Shown piece after piece: positions 20,519-32,299 of a stretch of 64,000 nucleotides of DNA (positions are counted from its first letter, which is position 1; each line of letters starts with the position of its first letter). Source of the stretch: Clostridiaceae bacterium (GTDB lineage Bacteria > Bacillota > Clostridia > DUPQ01); the NCBI GenBank assembly GCA_012838235.1, contig DUPQ01000008.1:4523-68522 (forward strand), read 5' to 3'. The position numbers were made by a program, and so were the translations under genes. The notes under the pieces are model-generated. The model saw nothing but the letters and a program-made list of their open reading frames with translations. It was not told the DNA's origin and made no database searches.

Positions 20519-21115
20519 CTTAAAGTAATCTTTTGTGTAGTATGTACACGGTGCGATATTCGGAATGTTATGCGAATCGTAATAACAGGAATGGATTTGT
20601 GCATTTATTGCGCATTCGATATCCACATCCCTGTCTCCTATAAACAGCATTTCTTTTCTGTCAAGACCGTATTTTTCTATCAGATACTCGACTGCTTCGC
20701 TGCCGGGTTTTAAGGGAAATCCCGAATTTCTGTGCAGGATCTCCTTAAAGTATTTCCTGTAATCCCGATATTCTAAAAACCGAAATACCGACTCGGCACG
20801 ATTTGTAACCATAAAAGTGTATCCTTCGGTGCTGTCTATTATTTCTTTTACTCCGGGGAATGGTAATGCTTCTTTAACATTCATTCTTTCTTCGGCTTGC
20901 ATGAATGTATCTTTGAACTCATTATAATCCAGAGTATGCTTATTTGAGAGGTGGGTCAGAGAGTGTGTAAGCGATATATGTAAGTTTTTTACTATCCAAT
21001 CAAGATTCTCAACTATTCCTCTGTTTTTCAGAACCTCTTCGATAACTTTCGCAATCTCTCCGTATGTGTCAAACAGCGTTCCGTCAAAATCCCAGATAAT
21101 ATGCTTGTATTTCAT
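20492..21115 (-). CDS. HAD-superfamily hydrolase (phosphatase, subfamily IA-like)
   Basis: Motif I IIWDFDGTLFDT, motif II MVTNR, motif IV GDRDVD. The 3' end overlaps the CPBP gene 3' end by 27 nt (convergent). Confidence 0.85.
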   Translation of the reverse strand: MKYKHIIWDFDGTLFDTYGEIAKVIEEVLKNRGIVENLDWIVKNLHISLTHSLTHLSNKHTLDYNEFKDTFMQAEERMNVKEALPFPGVKEIIDSTEGYTFMVTNRAESVFRFLEYRDYRKYFKEILHRNSGFPLKPGSEAVEYLIEKYGLDRKEMLFIGDRDVDIECAINAQIHSCYYDSHNIPNIAPCTYYTKDYFKLLDILKTA

Positions 21116-21194
21116 TATTCAATCATATTTATGCATTTGCATAACCTTTCCGTTCAAGTATAATAAAGTATAACATAGAAAGGATGATTTTCCG

Positions 21195-23342
21195 ATGTTT
21201 ATAACCGAAGCAGTAGTTTTAAAGGAAGATAAAGTGCTGAAAGCAGCGAATCTGTCTGAAGAACAGGTACAAAGAGCACGCGAGGGTACCATTGCTCATT
21301 CTATATTGAAATCACACAATACATCCGCTTCAAATCATATGCTCAAAATTAAATTTGATGCTGTTGCAAGCCATGACATCACATATGTAAGTATTTTACA
21401 GACCGCTTCCGCATGTAATTTAGAAAAATTCCCTATTCCTTATGTTCTGACCAATTGCCATAACTCTCTTTGTGCGGTAGGCGGTACCATCAATGAAGAT
21501 GACCATCTTTTCGGTTTGTCCGCGGCAAAAAAATACGGAGGCATTTATGTACCCGCTCATCTTGCGGTAATACATCAGTACATGCGGGAGAAAATGGCGG
21601 GGTGCGGCAAGATGATTTTAGGGTCGGACAGCCACACAAGGTACGGGGCGTTGGGCACCTTGGCCATGGGTGAGGGCGGAGGAGAACTGGTAAAGCAGCT
21701 GTTGGGAAAAACCTATGATCTTGCATATCCCAAGGTATGTCTTGTATATCTTACAGGTACTCTTAATCAGGGAGTGGGACCCCACGATGTAGCCATATAC
21801 ATGATAGGAAAAGTATTTAAGGATGCTTCGGTTACCAACAAAATATTGGAGTTTGCGGGACCGGGAGTTAACAATCTTTCTATGGATGACAGAATAGGTA
21901 TTGATGTTATGACCACCGAAACGGCATGTCTTTCTTCCATATGGGTAACCGACGATAAAACAAAAGAGTACTATGAGATACACGGGAGGAAGGAAGATTA
22001 TAAAAAGCTTTCTCCGGCAAAAGAAGCACTGTATGACTGTGCCTTAATGATTGACCTTTCCAAAATACAACCCATGATAGCTTTGCCGTATCATCCTTCC
22101 AATGCATATACCGTTAAGGACTTTTTGGAAAATAGTGAAGACATACTGGAACAGTTGAATCTCGGCAGTCTCAAAGTATATGCCGACAGTAAGAAGAGAC
22201 GCTTTTTTACGGGACAGGGAATAATAGCGGGATGTGCGGGAGGTTCTTTTGAGAATATCTGTGAAGCTGCGGCTGTTTTGCAAAAAGGTGATACCGGAAG
22301 TGGCAGTTTCTCCTTGTCCGTTTATCCTCAAAGTCAGCCGGTTGCATATGCGCTTAATAAGGCGGGGATTACAAACAAGCTTATGGAATCGGGTGTTGTT
22401 ATAAAAACGGCATTCTGCGGACCGTGTTTCGGTGCCGGTGACATACCTGCCAACAATGTCCTGTCGGTAAGGCATACCACAAGGAATTTCGAGAATCGTG
22501 AAGGCAGCATCCCCAAGGACGGTCAGGCCGCGTATGTCGCACTGATGGATGCCAGAAGCATTGCCGCTACCGCATTGAATAAAGGATATATAACTGCGGG
22601 TACCGATATAGAATATGTTAAAGATATTCCCGTATATGAATTTAACGGTAACATATATGAAAAAAGAGTATATAACGGATACGGAAAACCTGACAAAAAT
22701 CAGGAGCTGATATACGGTCCCAATATAAAGGTGTGGCCGGAAATACCGAGATTGCCTAAGAATTTGTTATTGAAAGTAGCTGCGGTATTAAATGACGAGG
22801 TTACCACCACCGACGAACTTATACCTTCGGGGGAGACTTCCTCTTACAGGTCCAATCCCATGGCTCTTGCGGAATATACATTGTCCAGAAGAGCTCCGGA
22901 TTATGTAAATAAAACAAAACTTGCCGTAAGGGAAGCAGGTGTGGACGGTCACCTCATATTCGCCAAAAAACCGGGAGACGGTTCCGCCCGGGAGCAGGCT
23001 GCTTCCTGTCAGAGAGTACTGAAAGGATATGCCAATATCGCATACCGATATGCCACAAAGAGATATCGCTCCAACCTCATAAACTGGGGACTTATACCTT
23101 TTACGGTAAAACAGGATCCCGCTCTTACCGTAGATGAATATGTCTATATTCCCGACATAAGAGACGCCGTTCTTTCGGGGAAAGAGCAGGTAATTGCATA
23201 TGTGTCGGCAACAAAGGAAGATGCTTTGCAAAGGACCGATAAAGCAAGAGCGGTCAGGTTATATATGGAGGGATTATCGGATGATGAAAGGGATGTACTT
23301 GCCGAAGGTTGTATGATAAACTATTACAGGAAAAGCATGTAG
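21195..23342 (+). CDS. aconitase-family Fe-S hydro-lyase (short, single-polypeptide type)
   Basis: GSDSHT motif. Candidate cluster cysteines in IIAGCAGGS and AFCGPCFGAGD. Swivel-domain motif GDGSAREQAA...SNLINWGLIPF. Substrate (aconitate versus related) not resolved. Confidence 0.75.
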   Translation: MFITEAVVLKEDKVLKAANLSEEQVQRAREGTIAHSILKSHNTSASNHMLKIKFDAVASHDITYVSILQTASACNLEKFPIPYVLTNCHNSLCAVGGTINEDDHLFGLSAAKKYGGIYVPAHLAVIHQYMREKMAGCGKMILGSDSHTRYGALGTLAMGEGGGELVKQLLGKTYDLAYPKVCLVYLTGTLNQGVGPHDVAIYMIGKVFKDASVTNKILEFAGPGVNNLSMDDRIGIDVMTTETACLSSIWVTDDKTKEYYEIHGRKEDYKKLSPAKEALYDCALMIDLSKIQPMIALPYHPSNAYTVKDFLENSEDILEQLNLGSLKVYADSKKRRFFTGQGIIAGCAGGSFENICEAAAVLQKGDTGSGSFSLSVYPQSQPVAYALNKAGITNKLMESGVVIKTAFCGPCFGAGDIPANNVLSVRHTTRNFENREGSIPKDGQAAYVALMDARSIAATALNKGYITAGTDIEYVKDIPVYEFNGNIYEKRVYNGYGKPDKNQELIYGPNIKVWPEIPRLPKNLLLKVAAVLNDEVTTTDELIPSGETSSYRSNPMALAEYTLSRRAPDYVNKTKLAVREAGVDGHLIFAKKPGDGSAREQAASCQRVLKGYANIAYRYATKRYRSNLINWGLIPFTVKQDPALTVDEYVYIPDIRDAVLSGKEQVIAYVSATKEDALQRTDKARAVRLYMEGLSDDERDVLAEGCMINYYRKSM

Positions 23343-23353
23343 CGGAGGAGAGA

Positions 23354-24031
23354 ATGACAAGAAGAATCACTGCACTTATATTGGTCGTAATCATGGTCTT
23401 TACATTGACCGCTTGCAATAATAAGAAGACACCTGACGAGGGTACTCCGAGTTATGTCGTAACGACCGAGCAGAACTGGCCTTCGGAATATCTGGGAGCG
23501 GATATTTTGCCTAAGATTAAAGGCGGCGAAGTCAACTATTACAAGTTTTACGGTCAGATACTGAGAATTTATCTTTATAACGTGGACGATGAATCCTTTA
23601 TGAAGTATATAGAGACATTGAAGGGTGTCGGGTATAAGAATATAAGTGTGGAAACAAAAGAAGCTTTTGCGGGATCGTTGGATGACTATTATCTGGCAAT
23701 GAACAGGGATGTCGATACGCATAAAATGGTTATTGAACTGACCACTCCTCTTACATGGCCGAAAGAAGGATATATCACAATGTTGTCCGCACCTCCCGGC
23801 GCAAAGGTTTTACAGATTATAGGCGAATCCAACAATATAACGGTAGTTACCGAGGATATCGGTAAAGAGAAATTCGAGTCATACACGGCGGATGCGATAG
23901 CTGCAGGGTTTACTGCAATACTGGTGACTTCGGAGACGGTTTTTGTTGCTGAGAATAATGATTACATTCTTACCATAGTAAGACAACCGGATAAGAATAC
24001 GATGGATATAGGTATATATGAAAAAAACTGA
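23354..24031 (+). CDS. lipoprotein of unknown function (two internal ~90-aa repeats)
   Basis: ATG 23354 behind GGAGGAGAG. Signal peptide with lipobox LTAC. Two segments each start with WP(S/K)E and share spacing of hydrophobic and acidic positions (by eye). Confidence 0.7.
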   Translation: MTRRITALILVVIMVFTLTACNNKKTPDEGTPSYVVTTEQNWPSEYLGADILPKIKGGEVNYYKFYGQILRIYLYNVDDESFMKYIETLKGVGYKNISVETKEAFAGSLDDYYLAMNRDVDTHKMVIELTTPLTWPKEGYITMLSAPPGAKVLQIIGESNNITVVTEDIGKEKFESYTADAIAAGFTAILVTSETVFVAENNDYILTIVRQPDKNTMDIGIYEKN

Positions 24032-24314
24032 TTATGATGACATGACGGGTTTTGAAGAAGGTATATTGGAGGAGCTTGCCTTGGACGAAAGGGATGTGGC
24101 TCTTCTTGTGCTTATAGAAAAGGAAATAGAGTCTACCTTAAAGAATATACGGATATTCGATTTACAGACCAACAAACGTATGGAGGAGATTTTATCCGAG
24201 GAGATATATAATCAGGGAGAAAAAATAAACATGCTGATGGACCATGCTTCTCCCGGGCTTAAGAAATATCTTGAAGAATATATGACAAAGATTAAGGAAA
24301 CATATCTCAACTGA
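24018..24314 (+). CDS. small acidic hypothetical protein (98 aa)
   Basis: ORF overlaps the lipoprotein gene end by 14 nt. Helical, E/D-rich, with no recognisable motif. Confidence 0.5.
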   Translation: MKKTDYDDMTGFEEGILEELALDERDVALLVLIEKEIESTLKNIRIFDLQTNKRMEEILSEEIYNQGEKINMLMDHASPGLKKYLEEYMTKIKETYLN

Positions 24315-24386
24315 TTGTACCTTAAGATTAAAGCAGCCGACTAAAGAAAAAAGCGATTAATTAAGAATAAAATTTATATATTTCTA

Positions 24387-24415
24387 TTGACACGGGCGGA
24401 TGTATGCGATAAGAT
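24387..24415 (+). promoter_or_regulatory. sigma-A-like promoter upstream of rpoB (TTGACA-17 nt-TAAGAT)
   Basis: Perfect -35 TTGACA at 24387-24392, 17-nt spacer, -10 TAAGAT at 24410-24415. This would give a ~150-nt leader before ATG 24574. Confidence 0.5.
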
Positions 24416-24573
24416 TGTGAATGATGCGCTAATCTGCGTATTTTTGCGCCTGTCGATAGGAAATTACTGCAATCGGAGGTGCATAAGGTAATTATGGCAC
24501 CGGTTTGCCGACACTGAAAATGGCAGCCGTTACCATGGGGATGATATAGAAAAGGACATGAGGTGACTAATTA

Positions 24574-27500
24574 ATGATACATCCTATTCAATACGGAAAA
24601 CGAGAAAGAATGAGTTTCTCAAAGATCAAAGAAGTTCTGGAAATGCCCAATCTTATAGAAGTTCAGAAAAAGTCCTATCAGTGGTTCCTCGATGAGGGAC
24701 TCAGAGAGGTTTTTAAGGATGTATCACCGGTTCGTGATCATACCGATAATTTAATGCTGGATTTTATTGATTACAGGATTGCGGACAAGCCTAAACTTGA
24801 CGTACAGGAATGTAAGGAAAGAGATGCCACTTATCAGGCTCCTTTGAGAGTAAAAGTCCGTCTTATAAGAAAAGATACCGGAGAGGTCAAGGAACAGGAA
24901 ATATTTATGGGAGATTTCCCCATAATGACCGACACCGGCACATTTATCATTAACGGTGCGGAGCGGGTTATTGTCAGCCAGCTGGTAAGATCTCCAGGCG
25001 CATATTATGCGGAGAAGAAGGATAAAGCCGGAAAAAGTCTTTTTTCCAGCACACTTATACCCAACAGGGGAGCATGGATAGAATATGAGACCGATTCCAA
25101 CGGGGTTTTGTATGTAAGAATAGACAGAACCAGAAAGTTACCTCTGACGGTTTTCTTAAGAGCTTTGGGATTTGCCAAAGATTCCGATATAACCGCGGTA
25201 TTCGGAGAAGACTATAAACTGGATGCAACATATGCAAAAGACGAAACAAAGACCAGAGAAGGCGGATTGTTTGAGATATACAAAAGGTTAAGACCGGGCG
25301 AGCCTCCTACGATAGAAAGTGCCGAAAACTTATTTGAAGGATTGTTCTTTGATGCCAGAAGATATGATCTTGCCAGATTCGGAAGATATAAATTCAACAA
25401 GAAGCTTTCCGTTGCTCCGAGAATAGCAGGAACTGTATCAGCCGAGAGAATAATAGATGCCGAGACAGGAGAGATATTGGTGGAAGCCGATGAAGTTATT
25501 GACGAGGCTAAGGCAATTGCGGTGGAAAATGCCGGAATAAACGTGGTAAAAGTAAAATGTGATAATCATGTTCATGTAGTTATAGGAAATGAGACGGTTG
25601 ATGCCTCACACTTTGTGGATTTCAATCATACCGCACTGGGGCTTACCGATAAGGTAAACTACAAAGTACTGAAAGAAATACTTGCCGAATGTTCCACAAA
25701 TGAAGAAATAAAAGAAGCTTTTGAAAAAAGAAGATATGACTTATGTCCTAAAAACATTACCAGGATTGATATTATAGCTTCCATAAGTTACTTGCTGGGA
25801 TTGGATTACGGTCTGTACCACACCGACGACATAGACCATCTGGGCAACAGAAGAATAAGATCGGTAGGAGAATTGCTGCAGAATCAGTTCAGGATAGGGT
25901 TTGCAAGAATGGAGCGGGTAATCCGTGAGAAGATGACCATTCAGGACATTGATATTGTAACACCTCAGGCATTGATTAACATCCGTCCCGTAACGGCGGT
26001 AATAAAGGAGTTTTTCGGCTCCAGCCAGCTGTCACAGTTTATGGATCAGCCCAATCCTCTTGCCGAGATAACCCATAAGAGAAGACTTTCGGCTTTAGGC
26101 CCCGGCGGTTTGAGCAGAGAGCGGGCCAACTTCGAGGTTCGTGACGTTCACTACTCGCATTACGGAAGAATGTGCCCCATTGAGACTCCGGAAGGACCCA
26201 ACATAGGACTTATAGCTTCTTTGAGTACATATGCAAGAATTAATGAATACGGATTTATCGAAACACCGTATCGCAGAGTAAATAAAGAAACTCACACGGT
26301 TACCGAAGAAATTGATTACCTGACAGCAGATGAAGAGGACATTTATATTGTGGCTCAGGCCAACTCGGAACTGACCCCAGACGGTCGTTTCGCAACGCCC
26401 AGAGTGAGCTGCAGATATCGCAATAACAAGGTAATGAGAGATTCCAAGGATGTTGACTATATGGACGTATCTCCCAAACAGCTGGTATCGGTTGCCACAA
26501 GCATGATACCTTTTTTGGAAAATGACGATGCCAACAGAGCGCTGATGGGTTCCAACATGCAAAGACAGGCCGTTCCCCTCATAAGAACCGAAGCTCCCAT
26601 TATTGCTACCGGCATGGAATATAAGGTTGCTACCGACTCGGGAGTATGCGTATTGGCAAAAAGAGCGGGAGAAGTCAAAAATGTTTCAGCCGACAGGGTG
26701 GTTATTGATACCGTGGACGGTGAGCGGGACGAATATAAGATACTTAAATATAAAAGAAGTAATCAGGGAACATGCATAAACCAGAAAGTTATTGTCAAGA
26801 AAGGCGATAAGGTTGAAGCAGGCGATGTCATTGCCGACGGGCCTTCCACAGACGGAGGAGAAATTTCCTTAGGAAAGAACGTGCTGGTCGGATTTATGAC
26901 ATGGGAAGGCTATAACTACGAGGATGCCATACTTATCAGTGAGCGACTGGTCGAGGACGATGTTTTCACATCCATTCACATTGAAGAATATGATCTGGAA
27001 GCAAGAGATACCAAACTCGGGCCTGAGGATATAACAAGAGATATACCCAATATCGGTGATGATGCACTTAAAGACCTGGATGAAAGAGGTATTATACGTA
27101 TCGGTGCCGAAGTTCAGGCAGGCGATATACTTGTAGGTAAAGTAACTCCCAAGGGAGAAACGGAGCTTACACCGGAAGAGCGACTTTTGAGAGCCATATT
27201 CGGAGAAAAATCCAGAGATGTAAGAGATACATCGCTGAGAGTACCTCACGGTGAATCGGGTATAGTAGTGGATGTTAAACTGTTTACAAAAGAAGCCGGC
27301 GACGACCTCAATCCCGGAGTTAATCAGGTTGTAAGAGTGTTTATCGCTCAGAAGAGAAAGATAGCCGTCGGTGATAAGATGGCCGGACGTCACGGTAACA
27401 AGGGTGTTATCTCCCGTGTGTTACCCGAAGCGGATATGCCTTTATTAGAAGACGGCACACCGTTGCAGATAGTATTGAATCCTTTAGGTGTTCCTTCGCG

Positions 27501-28323
27501 TATGAACATCGGGCAGGTACTGGAAGTGCATTTAGGATATGCCGCAAAAGCTTTGGGATGGAAAATAGCCACACCTGTATTCGACGGCGCATCGGAAATG
27601 GACATAATCGAGTGTCTTAAGATGGCAAACCTGTCGGAAGACGGAAAAACCGTTCTGTATGACGGAAGAACGGGAGAGCCTTTTGACAACAGAGTTACCG
27701 TAGGCTATATGTATATGCTTAAACTGCATCACCTTGTTGATGATAAGATTCATGCCCGTTCCACAGGACCGTACTCGTTGGTTACGCAACAGCCTTTGGG
27801 CGGTAAAGCACAGTTCGGCGGACAGCGTTTCGGAGAAATGGAAGTGTGGGCATTAGAAGCATACGGCGCCGCCTATACTTTGCAGGAGATATTGACCGTC
27901 AAATCCGATGATGTTGTCGGAAGGGTAAAGACATACGAGGCAATTGTTAAGGGAGAAAGTATCCCCAAATCCGGTATTCCGGAATCCTTTAAGGTTCTGG
28001 TTAAGGAACTTCAGAGTCTTGCTTTGGACGTGAAGATACTCAAGTCGGACCATTCGGAAGTTATGCTTCGTGACGGAAGTGAAGATGATATACCCAGATT
28101 GGATATCAATATTTCCGGAACCGAAGATTACACGCTGGATAATGATGAATTATTCAATATGGAGCTGGCAAAAGTTGACGACGATTCTGAAGACCAAGAT
28201 AACGATTCCGAGGAAATGCCCGGTATGAGCATGAAAACCGCTGATGACGATGACACCGGCGTAGATTATTCAAAGATATCCGATGTGCAGGATATAGTTG
28301 ATTTAGATGACATGGGAGAGTAA
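24574..28323 (+). CDS. rpoB: DNA-directed RNA polymerase subunit beta
   Basis: 1249 aa with conserved blocks ([37 protein letters not shown]). GAGGTGA RBS. Confidence 0.99.
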   Translation: MIHPIQYGKRERMSFSKIKEVLEMPNLIEVQKKSYQWFLDEGLREVFKDVSPVRDHTDNLMLDFIDYRIADKPKLDVQECKERDATYQAPLRVKVRLIRKDTGEVKEQEIFMGDFPIMTDTGTFIINGAERVIVSQLVRSPGAYYAEKKDKAGKSLFSSTLIPNRGAWIEYETDSNGVLYVRIDRTRKLPLTVFLRALGFAKDSDITAVFGEDYKLDATYAKDETKTREGGLFEIYKRLRPGEPPTIESAENLFEGLFFDARRYDLARFGRYKFNKKLSVAPRIAGTVSAERIIDAETGEILVEADEVIDEAKAIAVENAGINVVKVKCDNHVHVVIGNETVDASHFVDFNHTALGLTDKVNYKVLKEILAECSTNEEIKEAFEKRRYDLCPKNITRIDIIASISYLLGLDYGLYHTDDIDHLGNRRIRSVGELLQNQFRIGFARMERVIREKMTIQDIDIVTPQALINIRPVTAVIKEFFGSSQLSQFMDQPNPLAEITHKRRLSALGPGGLSRERANFEVRDVHYSHYGRMCPIETPEGPNIGLIASLSTYARINEYGFIETPYRRVNKETHTVTEEIDYLTADEEDIYIVAQANSELTPDGRFATPRVSCRYRNNKVMRDSKDVDYMDVSPKQLVSVATSMIPFLENDDANRALMGSNMQRQAVPLIRTEAPIIATGMEYKVATDSGVCVLAKRAGEVKNVSADRVVIDTVDGERDEYKILKYKRSNQGTCINQKVIVKKGDKVEAGDVIADGPSTDGGEISLGKNVLVGFMTWEGYNYEDAILISERLVEDDVFTSIHIEEYDLEARDTKLGPEDITRDIPNIGDDALKDLDERGIIRIGAEVQAGDILVGKVTPKGETELTPEERLLRAIFGEKSRDVRDTSLRVPHGESGIVVDVKLFTKEAGDDLNPGVNQVVRVFIAQKRKIAVGDKMAGRHGNKGVISRVLPEADMPLLEDGTPLQIVLNPLGVPSRMNIGQVLEVHLGYAAKALGWKIATPVFDGASEMDIIECLKMANLSEDGKTVLYDGRTGEPFDNRVTVGYMYMLKLHHLVDDKIHARSTGPYSLVTQQPLGGKAQFGGQRFGEMEVWALEAYGAAYTLQEILTVKSDDVVGRVKTYEAIVKGESIPKSGIPESFKVLVKELQSLALDVKILKSDHSEVMLRDGSEDDIPRLDINISGTEDYTLDNDELFNMELAKVDDDSEDQDNDSEEMPGMSMKTADDDDTGVDYSKISDVQDIVDLDDMGE

Positions 28324-28326
28324 AGA

Positions 28327-31300
28327 ATGCAAGATTATACAAATTTTGACATGATTAAGATAGGTTTGGCTTCTTCCGAGATGATTAAGGAATGGTCCAG
28401 AGGCGAGGTTAAGAAACCTGAAACAATTAACTACAGAACACTGAAACCTGAAGCCGGCGGACTCTTCTGTGAAAAAATATTCGGTCCCACCAAGGACTGG
28501 GAATGCCATTGCGGAAAGTATAAAAGAGTCAGACACAAAGGCATCATATGTGACCGTTGCGGAGTGGAAATTACCAAAAGCAAGGTAAGAAGAGAGCGTA
28601 TGGGACATATAGAACTTGCCGCGCCTGTCTCCCACATATGGTATTTCAGAGGAATTCCCAGCAGAATGGGTCTTGTACTGGATATGAGTCCCAGAGCATT
28701 GGAAAGGATTCTGTATTTTAACTCTTATGTAGTGCTGGAAGTGAATAATGAGGATGTGAAGGTTAACGACAAAACCATTGAAGTAAAAGATTTACTTACG
28801 GAACTTCAGTACAGAGAATTAATCGACAAGTACGGCAGAGACTCTTTCAAAGCACGTATGGGTGCCGAAGCGATACAGATATTACTTGCAAGAATTGATG
28901 TTGAAGAGGAGAGTGCTCTTCTTAAAGAAGAACTGCAGACGAGCACAGGTCAAAAAAGAGGAAGAATAATCAAGAGATTGGAAGCTATGGAATCATTCAG
29001 AGTGTCCGGAAACAAGCCGGAATGGATGATTTTGGATACCATTCCCGTTATACCTCCCGATCTTCGCCCCATGGTGCAGTTGGACGGCGGCAGATTTGCC
29101 ACTTCCGACCTTAATGACCTTTACAGAAGAGTTATTAACAGAAATAACAGGCTTAAGAGGCTTTTGGAGCTTACCGCTCCCGATATTATAGTCAGAAATG
29201 AAAAAAGGATGCTTCAGGAAGCTGTCGATGCCCTCATAAACAACGGCAGAAAAGGAAAACCCGTGGTAGGACCGGGCAACAGACCGCTAAAATCCTTATC
29301 GGATATGTTAAGAGGAAAACAGGGCCGATTCAGACAGAACCTTTTGGGTAAGAGAGTAGACTATTCCGGACGTTCGGTTATAGTTGTGGGACCGGAACTG
29401 ATGATGTATCAATGCGGTCTTCCCAAGGAAATGGCACTGGAGCTTTTCAAGCCCTTTGTCATGAAACGTCTTGTTACCGATAAGTTCGCTCAGAATATTA
29501 AGAGTGCAAAGAAAATGGTGGAAAGAGTACGCAATGAAGTATGGGATATTCTTGAGGATGTTATTAAAGATCACCCCGTTCTTCTAAACAGAGCACCTAC
29601 TCTGCACAGATTGGGAATACAGGCGTTTGAACCGGTTCTTGTAGAGGGAAGAGCAATAAAGCTGCATCCGTTGGTATGTACCGCATACAATGCGGACTTT
29701 GACGGAGACCAGATGGCTGTTCACGTTCCTCTTTCTGCAGAGGCTCAGTCGGAAGCCAGAATACTTATGCTTTCCGCAAACAATCTGCTTGCACCCAAAG
29801 ACGGAAAACCCATTACCGTTCCCACTCAGGATATGGTTCTGGGAGGTTACTATCTTACCACCGCAAAAGACGGAGAGATAGGCGAAGGAAGAGTATTCCG
29901 CAACTTTGACGAAATGCTTATGGCATTGCATGAAAAGACAATAACTCTTCATTCCAAGGTTAAAATGAGAACGGAAAGAGAAGTAGACGGAAAAGTTGTA
30001 AGCAAAATAATTGATGTAACTTGCGGTAAAGTTATATTCAATGAAGCTATTCCTCAGGACCTGGGTTTTGTGGACAGGACCAATCCCGATACCATGTTTA
30101 ATCTGGAAATAGATCAGATGGTGGGTAAAAAGAATCTTTCGGAAATCATTGAAAGATGCATAACCAAACACGGTATTGCAAAAACCGCCGAAGTGCTGGA
30201 TAAGATAAAATCCATCGGATTCAGATACTCCACTCAGGGTGCTATTTCCATATCGGTAAGCGACATGATAATCCCCAGCTCCAAGAACGAGATTCTTGAA
30301 GCTACCGAGAAAAAGGTGGATAAAATTACCCATGACTTCAGAAGAGGTCTCATAACCGATGAAGAGAGACACGATCAGATAATAAAGCTTTGGAGAAAAA
30401 CAACCGATGACGTTACAAAGATGCTTATGGAAGGCTTGGATGCATTCAATCCTCTTAATGTAATGAGCAGATCGGGAGCCAGAGGCGATATGAACCAGAT
30501 AAAGCAACTTGCGGGTATGAGAGGACTGATGTTTGATACAGCCGGAAAGACCATAGAGATTCCGATAAAGTCCAACTTCCGTGAAGGCTTGAATGTTCTG
30601 GAATTCTTCATTTCCAGTAACGGTGCAAGGAAAGGTCTTGCCGATACGGCGTTAAGAACGGCCGACTCCGGTTATCTTACAAGAAGACTTGTGGACGTTT
30701 CGCAGGATGTAATAGTAAGAGAAGCCGATTGCGGAACGGAAGACGGTATCTATGTTTCCGATATTGTGGACAGCGGTGAAGTTGTAGTAAAACTGAAAGA
30801 CAGGATATACGGTCGTTATGTCACCGATCCCGTTGTAGATAAGAAAACAGGCGAAATCATAGTGGAAGCCGGCGGATATATAGATGCCGATGCTACCAAG
30901 AGAATTGTTGATGCGGGTATTAAAGAAGTTAAGGTGCGTTCGGTATTAACCTGTAAGTCGGAACTCGGAGTTTGTGCAAAATGCTACGGAATGAACCTTG
31001 CTTCCAGCAAGCCCGTTAATATCGGGGAAGCTGTCGGTATTATTGCCGCTCAGTCGATAGGTGAGCCCGGTACTCAGCTTACCATGAGAACCTTCCATAC
31101 GGGCGGTATTGCGGGAGACGATATTACTCAAGGTCTGCCGCGTGTCGAGGAACTTTTTGAAGCCAGAAAACCCAAAGGGCTGGCAATTATATCGGAAAAT
31201 GACGGTATTGTTAAGATAAATGAGAGCAGAAAACGCAGGGAAGTTATTGTTACGGGTGAGGATGAGTCTCATACATACACTATTCCTTACGGTTCCAGAC

Positions 31301-32025
31301 TGACCGTTGTCGATGACCAGGAGATCAAAAAAGGCGATAAGATAACCGAAGGTTCGGAAAATCCGCATGATATCTTAAGGATAAAAGGTGTAGAAGGAGT
31401 ACACAGATATATTGCCTGCGAAGTACAGAAAGTTTACAAACTTCAGGGTATTGATATTAACGATAAGCATATAGAAATAATAGTTAAGCAGATGTTGCGT
31501 AAAGTAAAAGTGGAAGATTGCGGAGACACCAATCTCATACCCGGAAGTTACTGCGATGCAACTGATTTCTATAAACAGAATAAACTTGCCGAACAGGAAG
31601 GCAAACAGCCTGCTACGGGGGAAGTAGTATTGTTAGGTATCAGTAAAGCTTCTCTTGCCACCGATTCATTCCTTTCCGCCGCTTCCTTCCAGGAAACAAC
31701 ACGTGTTCTTACCGAAGCTTCCATCAAAGGCAAAACCGATAACCTGATAGGACTTAAGGAGAATGTTATTATCGGAAAGCTTATTCCGGCCGGAACAGGC
31801 ATGAATGCTTATCAGGACCCGTATCTTGAGATGGATCCGATAGATGATGAAGAGGATTTCATTGCCGAAGAAGGCTATGAAGATGAAGTGGATTTGTTTG
31901 ACGAGATGAATGATGATGAAGAAACTCTTGACCAAGACGATTCCGAAGAGTATGATGATGAAGTCCTTTCGGAAGATGCCGATTCCGACGACATATCCGA
32001 ATCGGAAGAAGAGCAGACGGAATAA
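28327..32025 (+). CDS. rpoC: DNA-directed RNA polymerase subunit beta-prime
   Basis: 1232 aa. Zn-binding CHCGKY...CDRCG, catalytic [12 protein letters not shown], and trigger-loop/bridge regions. Ends in a 66-aa polyacidic tail. Confidence 0.99.
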   Translation: MQDYTNFDMIKIGLASSEMIKEWSRGEVKKPETINYRTLKPEAGGLFCEKIFGPTKDWECHCGKYKRVRHKGIICDRCGVEITKSKVRRERMGHIELAAPVSHIWYFRGIPSRMGLVLDMSPRALERILYFNSYVVLEVNNEDVKVNDKTIEVKDLLTELQYRELIDKYGRDSFKARMGAEAIQILLARIDVEEESALLKEELQTSTGQKRGRIIKRLEAMESFRVSGNKPEWMILDTIPVIPPDLRPMVQLDGGRFATSDLNDLYRRVINRNNRLKRLLELTAPDIIVRNEKRMLQEAVDALINNGRKGKPVVGPGNRPLKSLSDMLRGKQGRFRQNLLGKRVDYSGRSVIVVGPELMMYQCGLPKEMALELFKPFVMKRLVTDKFAQNIKSAKKMVERVRNEVWDILEDVIKDHPVLLNRAPTLHRLGIQAFEPVLVEGRAIKLHPLVCTAYNADFDGDQMAVHVPLSAEAQSEARILMLSANNLLAPKDGKPITVPTQDMVLGGYYLTTAKDGEIGEGRVFRNFDEMLMALHEKTITLHSKVKMRTEREVDGKVVSKIIDVTCGKVIFNEAIPQDLGFVDRTNPDTMFNLEIDQMVGKKNLSEIIERCITKHGIAKTAEVLDKIKSIGFRYSTQGAISISVSDMIIPSSKNEILEATEKKVDKITHDFRRGLITDEERHDQIIKLWRKTTDDVTKMLMEGLDAFNPLNVMSRSGARGDMNQIKQLAGMRGLMFDTAGKTIEIPIKSNFREGLNVLEFFISSNGARKGLADTALRTADSGYLTRRLVDVSQDVIVREADCGTEDGIYVSDIVDSGEVVVKLKDRIYGRYVTDPVVDKKTGEIIVEAGGYIDADATKRIVDAGIKEVKVRSVLTCKSELGVCAKCYGMNLASSKPVNIGEAVGIIAAQSIGEPGTQLTMRTFHTGGIAGDDITQGLPRVEELFEARKPKGLAIISENDGIVKINESRKRREVIVTGEDESHTYTIPYGSRLTVVDDQEIKKGDKITEGSENPHDILRIKGVEGVHRYIACEVQKVYKLQGIDINDKHIEIIVKQMLRKVKVEDCGDTNLIPGSYCDATDFYKQNKLAEQEGKQPATGEVVLLGISKASLATDSFLSAASFQETTRVLTEASIKGKTDNLIGLKENVIIGKLIPAGTGMNAYQDPYLEMDPIDDEEDFIAEEGYEDEVDLFDEMNDDEETLDQDDSEEYDDEVLSEDADSDDISESEEEQTE

Positions 32026-32267
32026 TGATTAAGGCAGCGTCGCAGGATAAAAAGGTGATAGGCCTTAAACAATCGGCTAAAGCCGTTTTAGAAGACCGGG
32101 CAATGACGGTATACATTGCAAGAGATGCCGACCGCTCACTGATTGAGCCGCTTGCAGAATTATGTGAGAAAAAAGGTATTGAGATAAGATATGCCGATAC
32201 CGCCAAACAATTGGGATTGTTAAACGGTATAAGTGTGAAAGCATCAGCGGTATGTATTTTGAAGTAA
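32025..32267 (+). CDS. ybxF: L7Ae/L30e-family K-turn-binding ribosome-associated protein
   Basis: 80 aa. The start overlaps the rpoC stop (TAATG). Sits between rpoC and rpsL as ybxF does in Bacillus. Has the family pattern GLKQSAKAV...ELCEKKGI. Confidence 0.8.
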   Translation: MIKAASQDKKVIGLKQSAKAVLEDRAMTVYIARDADRSLIEPLAELCEKKGIEIRYADTAKQLGLLNGISVKASAVCILK

Positions 32268-32299
32268 ATATATAACTACTTAAAGAAAGGAGGGAAAAG

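Noticed and set aside
28081-28323. Acidic C-terminal tail of RpoB as an unusual feature
   Set aside because: Firmicute beta subunits, including that of B. subtilis, commonly end in a comparable acidic extension, so this is not distinctive here.
29584-30507. 307-aa ORF on the minus strand inside rpoC
   Set aside because: It is fully antisense to an unambiguous, highly conserved gene. Its composition is low-complexity and typical of shadow ORFs, and it has no RBS or motif.
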